Shown here in pieces: positions 63,188-64,000 of a stretch of DNA of 64,000 nucleotides. The DNA comes from Takakia lepidozioides (taxonomy: Eukaryota; Plantae; Bryophyta): positions 69,068,001 through 69,132,000 of the forward strand of contig CM060731.1 in assembly GCA_030704615.1 (NCBI GenBank), written 5' to 3'. A program made the translations under genes and the position numbers. Within the stretch, counting starts at the first letter, position 1; the number at the start of each line of letters is the position of its first letter. A model generated the notes under the pieces. That model had not been told where the DNA came from. It worked only from the letters and a program-made list of their open reading frames with translations, and did not search any database.

Positions 63188-64000
63188 ACATCGTACACTG
63201 TCAACCTGAAAAACTGAGGCGACCTGTAATGTCTCATATTCCAGACCTTGTCCTTACATTTGAAACTTTTTTTGACCACCGTCCAAAATGGCGTGAAGAT
63301 GATTAACCTGCACCTCATCCATTGTGTTTGAGGCCTTTGGAAGGGTAGTCGAAGGAGCCAGGAGTGGTGAGTAATTTTTTATGTTTTGGTCCCTGGAGTT
63401 TCTGCACTCTATTAATGTCAAGTGGGGCTCTCAAGTGGGGCTCTCGACTTCCTCTTTGACTTTGATGGTGTTTTCTCTTCAACTTCCTCATCATCGTCTT
63501 CAATTGATGCTTCAGTGGTAGACCTTTTTTTTTGAGTGGCTTTTTTTCCTTTTGAGTTTGCTCGGGCTCCTGCTCATCTCTTTTCCTAGAATAATGAGGC
63601 GTCCCTGAAATCTGGACCACTCCAAAGTGAAAATAGACTCACCCGGAACTGATCCATCGCGTGGGAACACAAATCCACTTTCCAACAACCCATCCTTGAG
63701 GTTCTTGTCCATATTGTCGTCTTTTACGCATACCCAATCGTCCGTCCTTTCTGCATCTTGAAGAAATACCACAACATACAGATCATCTACATCAAGCTAG
63801 ATCTTCATATCCAAAACATGTGCGCATTCCATCTCCAAAGCCCCAGGCTCATCTTCTTCCGTATACATGAATCGAAAAATATGGGCCGGAGGATTTTATC
63901 GCATATTGATTCCCCAAGAGGACACTCTATCTTACAAACGGAATATTGAGTTATGATCTGTTTCATATGCTGGAGACCGTTCAGAAATAAACTCCTTGGC

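Noticed and set aside
63315-64000. Minus-strand ORF fragments at the window end
   Set aside because: Broken and unassignable without flanking sequence

Overview
Eukaryotic, intron-containing, TE-rich DNA. It is most likely from a non-seed land plant (inference from CYCLOPS/IPD3 and a bryophyte/fern-type PLS-PPR). Host genes: an intact 11-exon CYCLOPS/IPD3; a 4-exon NifU-C-like probable plastid protein gene; a PLS-PPR editing-factor gene whose DYW domain is frameshifted and split by a LINE (12-bp TSD); and decayed relics (last exon of eIF2-gamma, CCR/DFR-like exon 1 cut by an LTR element, a thioredoxin-like 3-3 gene with its first exon inverted). Mobile DNA: a Mutator-like (MULE) element, Harbinger-type elements, an integrase-only Ty3/Gypsy-like element, two TTAA/CCC piggyBac-type MITEs, tRNA-derived SINE heads and a Crypton-like tyrosine recombinase relic. 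The standout is two diverged copies (1-3620 minus, 39387-44361 plus) of a spliced gene fusing a ParB/Srx-like domain (WDGNHRLLAW) to a bacterial-style beta-class N6A/N4C DNA methyltransferase domain. Copy 1 is divergently paired with a MULE transposase. Each copy carries its own palindrome variant (GGAAATGCGGCGCCGCATTTCC vs GGAAATTCGGCGCCGAATTTCC), in ~53-bp-phased upstream arrays and in introns. This suggests a parS-like or VANC-like self-targeting epigenetic system in a plant transposon. All homology calls are from motif recognition by eye; no searches were run.
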